Positions 40,251 to 51,004 of a stretch of DNA of 64,000 nt are shown piece by piece. Origin of the DNA: Candidatus Hermodarchaeota archaeon (GTDB taxonomy: Archaea > Asgardarchaeota > Lokiarchaeia > Sigyniarchaeales > SOKP01); assembly GCA_048885925.1 (NCBI GenBank), contig JBHLLG010000009.1:1-64000 (forward strand). Direction: 5' to 3'. The position numbers were made by a program, and so were the translations under genes. Each line of letters begins with the position of its first letter. The stretch's first letter is position 1. The notes under the pieces are model-generated. The model was not told the DNA's origin. It made no database searches and saw nothing but the letters and a program-made list of their open reading frames with translations.

Positions 40251-41897
40251 TTATTCATCTCTAAAAAATAATAATAAGTCGTTTAATTTAGTAAAAGTAG
40301 AATAATTTGATTGAAATTTAGATTTTAAAATAGAATCTAATCCAAAAATCGGATTTGTAAAATTAAATTCTACAAGCTCATTAAATTGATTTATATATTT
40401 TTCTGGAATTAACACTCCACATTTATAATATTTTTCATAATTATGAATTATGAAAACACTTGACTTCTTTACTGAGCTCATATAAAGTTCATCATTCTCT
40501 TCTAAGGCTGTTATAGATTCAAATTGCCCCATTGGATACGTACTTATTAATTCAAGTGGAACTATTCCAAAATATAAAGAATTAAATACAATATGTATGC
40601 TTTCACGAGGGATTAATATATTTTTATTTAACTCTTCAAGCCAATTTTGGATCATTGGAGAATTTTCAGCTCTAGTATCTAATTCTGGTAAAATTATTAA
40701 AAATCTTACTTCTGTTGGAATACGATAATTCGTGTTAATCCTTTTCTCGTATCTGTTAATCAAAGGTCTATAGGTATCTTCATAAGAAACTAATAATCTC
40801 CCATGTTTCTTATAGATTTTTTCATAGAATTCAAAAGTTGGAGCTTCTTTCTTTAAGATACGTAGTGCTTTAACTAGATTTGGATGTGATCTTATTCGTT
40901 GATTAACTAGTTCCCACAAATTCCCCTCTCTTATCGCTTGCCTAATTGTTTTTAATTCAGAAAAAGAGAGATATAAGTTATGTTCTGCTAAAAGTTTAAT
41001 TTGCAAATCCTTTTCAAAATTCTTTAATTCGGTTGGATTATATGTAGTACATATCGGACAATGGCATGGAAATTCCTCTAATTCCTCAAGATCTTTAGTA
41101 CCACTTGAAAGTGTGAAATACCGGTTTTCTTTAGCATAGAGAATATAAGCTGCTGAATCCATTAAATCACATCCAAACGCGGTAGCTAAGGAAAAAAATT
41201 GAGGTAGTCCTAAACCAAACATATGGATAGGTTTATTAGGATTAATGTTTTTTTTTACAGTTAATAATATATCGAGAGCTAATTCAAATCGATAATCTAA
41301 AAAGGCTTTAACAAGCCCTCCTATCGCATAGATAGCAAAATCTAAATTACTCATTTCAATTGCGCTTCTTTTTAATAAATCTTTATATTTTCCTCCGTGA
41401 ACAGGTCCAAACCAGTTGCATTTTTTATTTTTACGTCTTTGAATATTATCTTTAGCTCTTTTAATCGTTTCATTAACTTTCATTTCAGCTTTTTCATAAG
41501 AATCTTCAAGTTGAACTGGTATATCTAAAATAACCGGGAAATCTGAATCGATCTCTTCTTGGAATCTTTCAATATCAATAGGATTAATACCCAATTCTTT
41601 ATCATTATACATATATTGTTGAAAAGCACCGCTATCAGTAGCGACCAATCCATTAAAATTTAAAAATTCATGAATTCCCTTCTCTAAGACGATTTCTCTT
41701 TTATTCTGATTCTGAAAAATGATGTAAGCATTTGTAAAAACAGCTTGAGCACCTAATTTTTTCAAATCTATCATAGGTAGCAAATTCTTATAAGGATGCA
41801 CAACAGGAAACAAGTTTGGTGTAATCATTTCTTTTCCATTAACAATAATCGTTCCAATTCGCCCTAATGCATCCACATCTATTATCTCATATTTCAA
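40251..41897 (-). CDS. tgtA: Archaeosine tRNA-guanine(15) transglycosylase
   Basis: TPNLFPVVHP, TDSGAFQ, HMFGLG, DLMDSAAY, CHCPIC, AEHNL, EGNLWELV. Confidence 0.95.
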   Translation of the reverse strand: MKYEIIDVDALGRIGTIIVNGKEMITPNLFPVVHPYKNLLPMIDLKKLGAQAVFTNAYIIFQNQNKREIVLEKGIHEFLNFNGLVATDSGAFQQYMYNDKELGINPIDIERFQEEIDSDFPVILDIPVQLEDSYEKAEMKVNETIKRAKDNIQRRKNKKCNWFGPVHGGKYKDLLKRSAIEMSNLDFAIYAIGGLVKAFLDYRFELALDILLTVKKNINPNKPIHMFGLGLPQFFSLATAFGCDLMDSAAYILYAKENRYFTLSSGTKDLEELEEFPCHCPICTTYNPTELKNFEKDLQIKLLAEHNLYLSFSELKTIRQAIREGNLWELVNQRIRSHPNLVKALRILKKEAPTFEFYEKIYKKHGRLLVSYEDTYRPLINRYEKRINTNYRIPTEVRFLIILPELDTRAENSPMIQNWLEELNKNILIPRESIHIVFNSLYFGIVPLELISTYPMGQFESITALEENDELYMSSVKKSSVFIIHNYEKYYKCGVLIPEKYINQFNELVEFNFTNPIFGLDSILKSKFQSNYSTFTKLNDLLLFFRDE

Positions 41898-42487
41898 TTG
41901 AAAAAGTCACCAATTTTATCCTTCTTGAATAATTCCTCCAGCCAATCAATCTTTCCTAATGATAGATCTTCATCTATTTCAGTCTTATTAATAATCTTTA
42001 GAATTTTTTCTGAAATTTCAGTAGGAGAAGTCTTACTTGTATCAATTTCATATATTGGAATATCTAAACTTTTCTGAAATAAGAAGTTCGCACAATTTCC
42101 CAAAATTTCACTTTGAACATTCTCAATTACTTTTTCTTTAGAATAATTTCGTTGGTCTAATCTTTTCATTAACTCATAAGGATCACATCTTAATACAATA
42201 GCAACATCAATAAATTCATTAGGTATTATATCAGCAAAATGACCTTCAATTAAAATAATTTGCTCATTTGATTGTTTGAAATTTTTAATTAAACTAATAA
42301 CATATTGAAGTAATTTTTCTGTATTAATAACCTTAGTATTTCTTTTCTTATCGTATTTAACTATATAATTTTCCGAAATTGCTAATTGGTTTAATGATAT
42401 TACCTTGCCGTTAATCATATTTGATAGAATATTAGAGACCGTAGTTTTTCCAGTTCCCGGGGTCCCAGAAATTACAATTATTTTCAT
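41894..42487 (-). CDS. Adenylate kinase 6 / Fap7 family
   Basis: ISGTPGTGKTT, IEGH, VLRCDP, RNYSKEKVIENVQSE. Confidence 0.92.
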   Translation of the reverse strand: MKIIVISGTPGTGKTTVSNILSNMINGKVISLNQLAISENYIVKYDKKRNTKVINTEKLLQYVISLIKNFKQSNEQIILIEGHFADIIPNEFIDVAIVLRCDPYELMKRLDQRNYSKEKVIENVQSEILGNCANFLFQKSLDIPIYEIDTSKTSPTEISEKILKIINKTEIDEDLSLGKIDWLEELFKKDKIGDFFN

Positions 42488-42564
42488 CTATACTTTATAA
42501 TAAAGATTTTAAGTTATAAAATTAATGGAATAGAAGTATCTTCCATAACAATATAAAAAAGTAA

Positions 42565-42638
42565 TGGGAAAGGGGGGCTTTGAACCCCCGACCTCACGGT
42601 TATCAGCCGTGCGCTATACCAGGCTAAGCCACTCTCCC
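42565..42638 (-). tRNA. tRNA-Ile(GAT)
   Basis: Minus strand GGGAGAG..CACGG-CTGATAA-CCGTG..GGGGG-TTCAAAG-CCCCC-CTTTCCC-A. Confidence 0.96.
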
Positions 42639-42793
42639 TTAAAGAGAACCTTTATAATTACGTAAAAAATTATTTTAAAAAACGTTAATTAACGAATAAA
42701 TTTAATAAATAGTATTTAAAAAATTTTTTGACCAAAAAAATAATAAAATATGGTTATTTTTAATTCATATTAATTCATAAATTCGGATCTAAA

Positions 42794-43378
42794 ATGAAGT
42801 CTGGATATAGCTACATAAAAGAAACGTTTGAGAAACATGAAAAAGGATATCAAACACCACGATGGTATCGTGGAATAGAATATAGAAAAGGTAAATCAAT
42901 TCAAAGAGTAGAAAAACCACTCAATATTCATCGAGCAAGAACATTAGGCTATAAGGCAAAGCAAGGATATATTATTGTTCGAGCAAGAATAAGGAAGGGT
43001 GGAATGCATAAAATTCGTCCAAAACGGGGAAGAAAACCAAGGGCAATGGGGGTTTCTAAGTATACTACTGGAAAGAATCTTCAATGGATTGCTGAGGAAC
43101 GTGTTCAAAGAAAGTATCCAAACATGCAAGTACTAAATTCATATAAAATCTATTCTGACGGGAAACATTGGTATTATGAAGTTATCTTAGTTGATCCAAA
43201 TCATCCAGTAATTAAATCAGATCCAAAAATAAATTGGATTTCTGAACCCCAACATACTAAAAGAGTAACTCGTGGTCTTACATCTGCCGGAAAAAGAGCT
43301 CGTGGTCTTCATAAGAAAGGGTGGGGATCAGAAAAAACACGACCAAGTATTAGGGCTAATAAAGGTCGGGGAAAATAA
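42794..43378 (+). CDS. rpl15e: 50S ribosomal protein eL15
   Basis: RARTLGYKAKQG, IAEER, VLNSY, YEVILVDP, RGLTSAG. Confidence 0.98.
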   Translation: MKSGYSYIKETFEKHEKGYQTPRWYRGIEYRKGKSIQRVEKPLNIHRARTLGYKAKQGYIIVRARIRKGGMHKIRPKRGRKPRAMGVSKYTTGKNLQWIAEERVQRKYPNMQVLNSYKIYSDGKHWYYEVILVDPNHPVIKSDPKINWISEPQHTKRVTRGLTSAGKRARGLHKKGWGSEKTRPSIRANKGRGK

Positions 43379-43431
43379 TGAGATTATCTCTTTTAAGAAC
43401 TTGAAATAGAGTTTCAATTTTTATTTATTTT

Positions 43432-44256
43432 CTACAAGGTATTTACTGAAACAGTCATTCCGCCATCTAAAATGATATTATGGCCTGTTATATAATCTGA
43501 CGCCGGTGAAGCCAAAAATAAAGCAACATCAGCAACCTGTTTTGGTTCCCCAATTCGATCTAACGGAAGTTTAATATTTCTTTTTTTCATAAATTCTCGA
43601 ATAAATTCAGGATTGTTCTTGTACATTGGTGTTAAAAATAAACCTGGGCTAATCGCATTCACAGTAATATTACTGGATCCGAGTTCCAGAGCCCAAAGTT
43701 TTGTAAAACTAATGAGCGCTGCCTTACTTACACTATATATCCCAATATATGGATTAGCGCCGACTTCTGTACCTGCGCATGATGCTATATTAATAATTTT
43801 TCCTGCTATGGGTTTGAAATCTTGTTTACTCATTTTTCTATAAAAAGCTTTTGTGACATTCCAAGCACCTTTAACATTTACATTTATAATTTTATCAAAA
43901 TCTTCTTCTTTTGTAACAAGTGAAAATGTACTCATTCTAATACCTGCATTATTAACCAATACAAAAATATTATCAAACTTTTCAAAAACTTCTTTTCTCA
44001 TCTTTTTAACTTGATCAAAATTAGAAATATCTGCTTGAGCTAATAATATCTCTACGTTATAGGATTTTAAAATAATATCGCGAGTTTCTTCAATGTTTTT
44101 AATATTAATATCATTTAATACCAAATTCGCATCTTTACTAGCAAAAGCAATAGCCATTTCACGACCAAACCCACTCCCTGCCCCCGTGACAAGGGCTACT
44201 TTTCCCTCTAAAAAATTTCCGTTCAGAAAATTTGTCACCTCCAAAAAAATATACAT
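43432..44256 (-). CDS. Short-chain dehydrogenase/reductase (FabG-like)
   Basis: TGAGSGFG, NNAG, YSVSK, NAISPG, DGG; start uncertain (ATG 44256 or CTG 44226). Confidence 0.93.
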   Translation of the reverse strand: MYIFLEVTNFLNGNFLEGKVALVTGAGSGFGREMAIAFASKDANLVLNDINIKNIEETRDIILKSYNVEILLAQADISNFDQVKKMRKEVFEKFDNIFVLVNNAGIRMSTFSLVTKEEDFDKIINVNVKGAWNVTKAFYRKMSKQDFKPIAGKIINIASCAGTEVGANPYIGIYSVSKAALISFTKLWALELGSSNITVNAISPGLFLTPMYKNNPEFIREFMKKRNIKLPLDRIGEPKQVADVALFLASPASDYITGHNIILDGGMTVSVNTL

Positions 44257-44266
44257 TAAATCATAA

Positions 44267-46003
44267 TTATTTACTAAATAAACCTTTATTTTTCTTATAG
44301 AGACCAAGTAATTTCATTGCAGGAGGGGTTTCGAATTCGATATCTACATCAAGAACTGCTGTTTTTTTAGAGTCGATGGCTCGCTGTAAGGCAGGTTTAA
44401 TATTTTCTGGTTTTTTTATTTTTTCAGTATAGCATCCAAACCCTTTTGCAATTTCAGCATAATTGATCGGTGGAAAGTCAACATCACAATATCTTCCTTC
44501 GACATTATTTTTTTGAAAACTTTTAATCATACCCCAAGCACAATTATTCGCAATAACAATAATTATTGGAAGATTTAATCTTACAGCAGTTTCTAGTTCT
44601 TGTATAGAAAACATAAAACTACCATCTCCTGTAATACATAGTACAAGTTTATCTGGTTTCGCCATTTTAGCTCCAATTGAATAAGGAATTCCCGTCCCTA
44701 AATGTGACATTGACACAGAACGAAAGAAACTTCTCGGAGGTCGATTTTTATAATTTATTAGATCCATCGTAAAGATAAATATATCTCCCCCATCAATCAC
44801 TAATAGAGTATCAGATGGAATAAAATCTAACACTTCAAATACCAATCTATGAGGCTTCATAGGTAATTTATTGTATTTTAATATTTTCTGAATTGCTAGT
44901 TCATCGTTTTTTCTAATTTCTTGTAAATAATCATTCCACTCAGACCATTCTGAAACTTTTTCTTTAGGGAGGGTTTCCTCCATATCTTTCAATAATTGTT
45001 GGATAACTGCTTTCACATCTCCAATAATACCAACATCAATAGATCTGTTTTTACCTATTTCTTTTGGATCGATATCTACTTGTATTACTTTTTGATTTTG
45101 ATTCCAAATTGGTGGTCCCCCATAAAGTAATGTGTAATTCCATGTACAACCAAGCGATAAAACTACATCTGCCCTAGATGCAGCAACTCTATAGACATTT
45201 GCAGTTAATTTAGAACCAATAAAGGTTTTATTATCTCTTCCAATTGTACCTATTCCGTTAAATGATGTTCCTGTGGGGATTAAATACGTTTCAGATAATT
45301 TTATTAGATCTTCATGCGCATCTGAAGCATTTACACCACCCCCAGCTATGATTATAGGTTTTTTTGCAGTTTTTAATATACTAATTGTCTTTTTTATTAA
45401 CTCTGGATTACCAGCAGGACGAAAAATAGGGCGATACTTTTCAGGACTTATAATTTTTTTTAAATCATCTTCACTCGCATCCCTCACTAATGCAGTTTCT
45501 CTTAATTCAAGGAAAACTGGACCTCTTCTTCCAGACATAGCAATTTTAATACACTTTTGTACAGCATGAGGTATTTCATATGGTTCTTCAACAGAAATCT
45601 GTAGTTTTGTTATAGGTTTCATTAAAGCCATTTGGTCAACGCCCCCTTGTAGGATTCCAGTATCTTCAAACATACGACCTATTTGTGCCCCAATTACTAG
45701 TATTGGAATTGAATCAGCATTTGCCGCGGCAATAGCGGGCACTAAATTAGTTACTCCAGGTCCCACAGTACCCATGCAAACTCCAATCTCCCCAGTTGCC
45801 CTTGCCCATGCATCTGCCATATGTCCTGCTGCCTGTTCATGTCGAACCATTACTGTATCTATACCTTCCTCACGACCCCATCTTTCTATAGCATCATATA
45901 TTCTCGATAATTCTCCTCCTATAACTCCAAAAATTTTGCTAACACCTTCTTTCAAAAGGCATTTAACGACTAAATCCCCACCATTTAATGTTTGAAAACT
46001 CAT
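44267..46003 (-). CDS. Thiamine-diphosphate enzyme (acetolactate synthase / acyloin lyase-like)
   Basis: RHEQAAGHMADAWAR, GPGVTN, GDGSF..N. Confidence 0.92.
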   Translation of the reverse strand: MSFQTLNGGDLVVKCLLKEGVSKIFGVIGGELSRIYDAIERWGREEGIDTVMVRHEQAAGHMADAWARATGEIGVCMGTVGPGVTNLVPAIAAANADSIPILVIGAQIGRMFEDTGILQGGVDQMALMKPITKLQISVEEPYEIPHAVQKCIKIAMSGRRGPVFLELRETALVRDASEDDLKKIISPEKYRPIFRPAGNPELIKKTISILKTAKKPIIIAGGGVNASDAHEDLIKLSETYLIPTGTSFNGIGTIGRDNKTFIGSKLTANVYRVAASRADVVLSLGCTWNYTLLYGGPPIWNQNQKVIQVDIDPKEIGKNRSIDVGIIGDVKAVIQQLLKDMEETLPKEKVSEWSEWNDYLQEIRKNDELAIQKILKYNKLPMKPHRLVFEVLDFIPSDTLLVIDGGDIFIFTMDLINYKNRPPRSFFRSVSMSHLGTGIPYSIGAKMAKPDKLVLCITGDGSFMFSIQELETAVRLNLPIIIVIANNCAWGMIKSFQKNNVEGRYCDVDFPPINYAEIAKGFGCYTEKIKKPENIKPALQRAIDSKKTAVLDVDIEFETPPAMKLLGLYKKNKGLFSK

Positions 46004-46157
46004 ATTAAAAAATTATTAAAAATGAAAAATAAACCTTGTTAAAACGTCAAATTCGTAAAAAAAAGAGTAATATTTAAAAAATAATAATTCTAAATAAAAA
46101 AATGAATAGCCTCTTATTATTTAAATAGAGAAAGCTTAGATTAATATAAAATTATCT

Positions 46158-47447
46158 TCATTTAATACTTTCTGCAAAATCTAATTCCCCTGTTGGTTCG
46201 TTCAAGAGGAATTTACCCTTTAAAATCATGGATTTTAATTGCTCAGCTAATTTTATTGCACCATATCTATCAGATTGTCTCAAAACTATTGGTATATCAC
46301 TATCTTCAAACTTAATTGATTTCAGATCTAGATTAAATGCTTCTGGGCATAAATGTGTACAATTCCCACAATTAAAGCAACGAGAACGATCTATAGCCGA
46401 AATCATACCTTTATTTATTATAAAAGCATTAGTAGGACATTTATCAATAGCCTTACAATTTTCACAATCTTTACATGCATCTGGATTGAACTTCATAAAA
46501 AAATTATTATCCCAAACATCACCATAAGTAATTTCACCAACTTTTTCTCTTCCTACAAGACTTAATATTGTTAGAGGAACATCTTTGTCAGATTTAATTA
46601 TATTATTAAAGATTTTTTCATTAAGAATTGGAATTGGGACTGCAATACTACAAATTGGCTCTAATCCATATGATGTTTTAAAAGCTCCCATATATTCCGG
46701 TTTCATACCATTCATTGTAGCTATTGTCATCATATTAGGTTTAGCTATATAATTTCGAGTACCAGGTCCTATAAGATAACCAATATTACCATTAACCAAT
46801 ATAGGGAGTCCAACACCAAGAGTCTCAAAATCTGGATCGTTTTGGAAAGGATTTAATGCACCACACCCAGAAAAGGTGATTTCAGCTTTATTAGGTTCAA
46901 AAGGTAAACAAGAAAATATAGTATCAACTTTATATGATTCACAATTAATCATTGCATTATAATTTTTAATAGCTTGTCTTGTACCCATTAACTTAGCAAA
47001 TTGCATATCTTCAAGCTTCATTTTTTTTTCAACTATTTCCCCTTCAGCACTTTTAGCCACAATTTTTATTAGTTTTCCCTCAACCATTTCTCTGAAAAGA
47101 GAACCTCCACAATAATTATTCATAGTTTTACTTTGAGTAGTTCCATAAATTATTAAATCTGCTATACCTAAATATTCATTTGGGCATGGACCAGGAAATG
47201 CAGGTATTCCATTAATACTAATTTCAGTAAACTTTCTTAATGTTTTAGGTGGTGAGAGTCGAAATGAGAATATTCCCATAATTCCACTCATAAGTCCTTT
47301 AGTTGCTGTTGTAATGACATCTACATCTTCAAATTTAACCTTCTTACCTTCACTAATAGAATCTAATAATTCTTGAACAGTTAATATAACGGCAGAACCG
47401 TTTTCGATCTTTTTTCTTATTTCTGGAAGCTTTCTTTCCTTAATCAC
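46158..47447 (-). CDS. DUF39 plus ferredoxin protein (methanogenesis marker 16-like / sulfur insertion)
   Basis: VDVITTAT..MSG, GPCPNE, FSGCGALNPFQND, two 4Fe-4S motifs. Confidence 0.85.
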   Translation of the reverse strand: MIKERKLPEIRKKIENGSAVILTVQELLDSISEGKKVKFEDVDVITTATKGLMSGIMGIFSFRLSPPKTLRKFTEISINGIPAFPGPCPNEYLGIADLIIYGTTQSKTMNNYCGGSLFREMVEGKLIKIVAKSAEGEIVEKKMKLEDMQFAKLMGTRQAIKNYNAMINCESYKVDTIFSCLPFEPNKAEITFSGCGALNPFQNDPDFETLGVGLPILVNGNIGYLIGPGTRNYIAKPNMMTIATMNGMKPEYMGAFKTSYGLEPICSIAVPIPILNEKIFNNIIKSDKDVPLTILSLVGREKVGEITYGDVWDNNFFMKFNPDACKDCENCKAIDKCPTNAFIINKGMISAIDRSRCFNCGNCTHLCPEAFNLDLKSIKFEDSDIPIVLRQSDRYGAIKLAEQLKSMILKGKFLLNEPTGELDFAESIK

Positions 47448-47567
47448 TAGAGATAATCACTTAATTTCAAAAATTAACATTTTAAATATTTATTGATAAT
47501 AAAATTTATTTATTTTTCCAATTCTTAAGATAATTATAAAGAGTCAAGAAGTTCTTTCGAGGTTATA

Positions 47568-48302
47568 TTGTTTTTGCCATATTTTGAGTCAAGATTACCC
47601 GTAGATTTCGATGATTTAAATGATATTCAGAAGAAATTAAAATTTTGTGAAAAATTGGGGATAAAAAATGTAATTTTGGAACCTAAAAACAACCTGGTTA
47701 TTATACCAAATCATATGAAAAAATTATTAAAAGAAGAACTCAAAATAAATATTTTTTATCGTGTAAATTTAAAAGTAGATCAACCTGAGGATTTTAAAAA
47801 AAGAATTAAAAATTTTAATAATTTTTCCGATATTCTTTCAATTGAATCTTTAAATAAAGAAGTTCAATTGATTTCTGCTAAAGACTCAAGAGTAGATATC
47901 GTTTCTTTTTCTAACCTTGAAATGATAAAAACACTAACTCCTGGAGTAATTTCACTTACTATACAAAATAATTCATTCATAGAGTTTTCACTTGCCCCCG
48001 TTATGGTGAGAAATAAAGCAATTCAATCAAAAAATTTTAGAGTTTTATATAGATCCATACAATTAGCCCTAAAGCTCAAAGCAAATTTAATTATAAGTGG
48101 AAATTTTGATGATTTATATGACCTTAGGAATCCAAGAGCTTTGATAAGTATATGTAATTCTCTTTTAGGAATTCCTTTAGATGTAGCCAAAAGGATATTC
48201 TCTACAAATCCTAAACTTTTATTAGAAAGAAGTAATAGAAAAAGAAATATTAATTTTGAATCAGAAGTTAAATTAATTAAAGGAAAAGATGATAATGGTT
48301 AG
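47568..48302 (+). CDS. rnp3: RNase P subunit Rpp30
   Basis: DSRVDIV, FIEFS, LRNPRAL..LG; adjacent to Pop5. Confidence 0.85.
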   Translation: MFLPYFESRLPVDFDDLNDIQKKLKFCEKLGIKNVILEPKNNLVIIPNHMKKLLKEELKINIFYRVNLKVDQPEDFKKRIKNFNNFSDILSIESLNKEVQLISAKDSRVDIVSFSNLEMIKTLTPGVISLTIQNNSFIEFSLAPVMVRNKAIQSKNFRVLYRSIQLALKLKANLIISGNFDDLYDLRNPRALISICNSLLGIPLDVAKRIFSTNPKLLLERSNRKRNINFESEVKLIKGKDDNG

Positions 48303-48621
48303 AAAAGAAAGACAAAGATATATCTTTTTTAAAATAATAAAAGATAATAAAATAACACTTGCTCAAAATTCTATCCTAAAATCAATTTGGAAATCTATTT
48401 GGCGATATTTTGGAATGAAGGAAGCGAATAAAATTGGATTATGGCTAATCGAGCTAGATTTAGATGAAAATTATGGAATTATAAGATGCACTCATAAAAC
48501 TAAAGAAATAATTATTTCTGCATTAACCTTAGTAAAAGAAATTGATGGAATTAAGATTATAATTTCGCCTACAAAAACTTCTGGAACAATAAAATCATTA
48601 AAAAATAAAGCGTTAAAGTAA
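48289..48621 (+). CDS. rnp2: RNase P subunit Pop5
   Basis: RQRYIFF, YFG, GIIRCTH, TSGTIK. Confidence 0.9.
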   Translation: MIMVRKERQRYIFFKIIKDNKITLAQNSILKSIWKSIWRYFGMKEANKIGLWLIELDLDENYGIIRCTHKTKEIIISALTLVKEIDGIKIIISPTKTSGTIKSLKNKALK

Positions 48622-48668
48622 ATAAACAAAACTAAAAAATTAAGAGAAATTGTATTTTAAGATTTAAA

Positions 48669-49109
48669 ATGAGTAAATCTAACTTCACAAGGGCATATAT
48701 TCAGCGTATTGATGATATACAACAAACTACAGTGAATATTTCACTATTAAAAATTAAAGATTTGGAAAATTATCCGTATCTTTTAATAATACAATCAAAT
48801 ATTGAAAATGCCTTAAAGATTTCAATCTATCCAATAAAAAAAGAGAAAATAATAAAGGTTACATTTTTTGGTTTCAATGTTTCTACCCAATTTTTTGATG
48901 AAATTTCCAGATTCCTCCAAAATTTTCAAGTTATTCACACCTCTGGAGTTCTATTAATTCAAGAACAATTACTCTATGAATGTTATTTAAACTTAAACCT
49001 AAAAGATATTAAAGCAAATGATCTAAAAAAATCACTAGATAAAATTAAAAACATATTTAAAGATATAAAAATAGAAGAAATTGGTATTAAAAAAAGCATA
49101 AACAATTAA
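48669..49109 (+). CDS. Hypothetical protein (possible C-terminal ACT-like fold)
   Basis: Alternating beta/alpha pattern, VIHTSG. Confidence 0.6.
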   Translation: MSKSNFTRAYIQRIDDIQQTTVNISLLKIKDLENYPYLLIIQSNIENALKISIYPIKKEKIIKVTFFGFNVSTQFFDEISRFLQNFQVIHTSGVLLIQEQLLYECYLNLNLKDIKANDLKKSLDKIKNIFKDIKIEEIGIKKSINN

Positions 49110-49111
49110 TT

Positions 49112-49561
49112 ATGAATAGTTGGAGAGTCTTTTTAAAATCAACAGATTCTATCGAAAATAAGATCGAATTATTTGATGCAAAAACGTATTTTGGAGGATA
49201 CCTTAAGATAAAAAGGAGTTATTTTAATTCGCTTGTTAAAACAGTTAATATTACAAAACGATATATTATAAAAAAAGTAATAGAAAAGGTTATAGGCCCC
49301 GATAATGAGGATTGGACACTTAATCCTTGGATGCTTATTGTTGCTAAAGATGATGAAAAAAGAAATCCATTCTGGTTTTTTATTAAAAGAGAAAAAGATT
49401 TATCAGGAATACTTGTTGCTATCGGTCCAAAACCTTTTGTTGAGTATAACAATAAGAATCAGTCAGAAGCTAGACGTGAAATTAAACGCTTGATAAATTA
49501 TATTATTTCCTATTTAAATAAATTTAGTTGTATCATTATGCTTCCGAATTATCTCCAATAA
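49112..49561 (+). CDS. Hypothetical protein
   Basis: 149-aa ORF coupled to the upstream gene. Confidence 0.7.
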   Translation: MNSWRVFLKSTDSIENKIELFDAKTYFGGYLKIKRSYFNSLVKTVNITKRYIIKKVIEKVIGPDNEDWTLNPWMLIVAKDDEKRNPFWFFIKREKDLSGILVAIGPKPFVEYNNKNQSEARREIKRLINYIISYLNKFSCIIMLPNYLQ

Positions 49562-49758
49562 AATTAGATTAATTTAAATTAATTGAATGGTTACATCTTT
49601 ATATTCAATTTTTAATAACAATCTTTTATGTTCAAATTCTTTCTTTTTAGAAAAAAGCAATGAATATGCGAAAAATATTAAATTAAATTTTAATTATCAA
49701 TTTTAATATTGAGAAATACGGATAATAGAGATAATTAAAAATACATGGCTTTTTAATC

Positions 49759-50559
49759 TTGAAGAAATTAATCTTTAAAGTATTAACCTATATTATTATA
49801 TTAAATATTATTACTAATTCATGCTTTTTTATATCTAATGGTTATGGAATACTTAATGAAATCGATTCTGAGTTTGGAGAATCTCCGGTAATCGATGGAT
49901 TCATTGATTATACAAAAAACGAATGGAATAAAGCAACAAAAGTTCCGATGTTATTAGAAGGACTACCAATCACTCTATGGGTTATGCAAGATGATAAAAA
50001 CCTTTTCATTCTAGTAAAATTTGATTTAGAAAGTTATGAAAGTGAAGACACGGAATTTATAGGAATAATAATTTCAAATAGCTCATCTATTTTACCAGAA
50101 GAGTTCATAGATGCAAAAATAATTCAATTTTATAATAAAACCTCTAATGATTTTGATTACCTTGATTATCATATTAATAATAGTGTATTTTTAAATGACA
50201 CTTACTATGATGGATTAGGTGCTGCCAAAAAAGAAGGTAAATATTCAACTTATGAATTTAGTATTCCACTTAAAAATGCTGATAGAGAGAATATTGATGA
50301 AGATGTTTTTTTAGATTATGGAAATCAGCATGCATTTAATCTTACTTATGGTAACGCTCCAATTTATCCTGAGGGTATTAGAAAAAGAAATACAATTATA
50401 ATTAATATTAAATCCCCATCCACATCAAAGCCTCTAATTACTAATTTGGCTATGTTCATTCTTGCAATAGTAATTTTTAGTATTATTGCAATTATTTATG
50501 GATTTTATATTTATAAAATTTTTAAATTAAAAGAAAAAATTGAAAGAATTAAACGATAA
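49759..50559 (+). CDS. Membrane-anchored CBM9/DOMON-like protein
   Basis: Signal peptide, PVIDG..EW, DDKNLFILV, YEFSIPL, C-terminal TM. Confidence 0.7.
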   Translation: MKKLIFKVLTYIIILNIITNSCFFISNGYGILNEIDSEFGESPVIDGFIDYTKNEWNKATKVPMLLEGLPITLWVMQDDKNLFILVKFDLESYESEDTEFIGIIISNSSSILPEEFIDAKIIQFYNKTSNDFDYLDYHINNSVFLNDTYYDGLGAAKKEGKYSTYEFSIPLKNADRENIDEDVFLDYGNQHAFNLTYGNAPIYPEGIRKRNTIIINIKSPSTSKPLITNLAMFILAIVIFSIIAIIYGFYIYKIFKLKEKIERIKR

Positions 50560-50977
50560 AATGTCAAAAATTCCTAAAAAATCAGGAAAAGAAGTAAAAA
50601 CAAGCAAGCAATATTACACAGATGAAAATTTCGCCTATAGAAGCGTGATCATATCAACAATTTTCGGTGGTATCTTTTATTTAATTTCTTTATTGTTTAA
50701 TCTTGGAATAGTATCAATCCTTCCTAATCAAAATATACTTTGGAATATTATTGATATATTCATTAAAGTATTAGTAATACTTCTATTTTTTATGTTTATG
50801 ATTACTAGTATCGGTAATTATAAAGAATTAACAGGCAAACCATTAAATTGGAAAGAATTAATTCTTCTTATTTCCCTTTCTATTGGGCAAACTATTCTTA
50901 ACCTATGGATTTTTATTTTTACTTTATTCGGTTTACTAATAGTTTTAATATATTTATATCTGGTACAAGAGTTATAA
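50540..50977 (+). CDS. Hypothetical membrane protein
   Basis: About four TM segments. Confidence 0.7.
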   Translation: MKELNDKMSKIPKKSGKEVKTSKQYYTDENFAYRSVIISTIFGGIFYLISLLFNLGIVSILPNQNILWNIIDIFIKVLVILLFFMFMITSIGNYKELTGKPLNWKELILLISLSIGQTILNLWIFIFTLFGLLIVLIYLYLVQEL

Positions 50978-51004
50978 AAATTAGAATGCAGATCTAAATT
51001 AACA

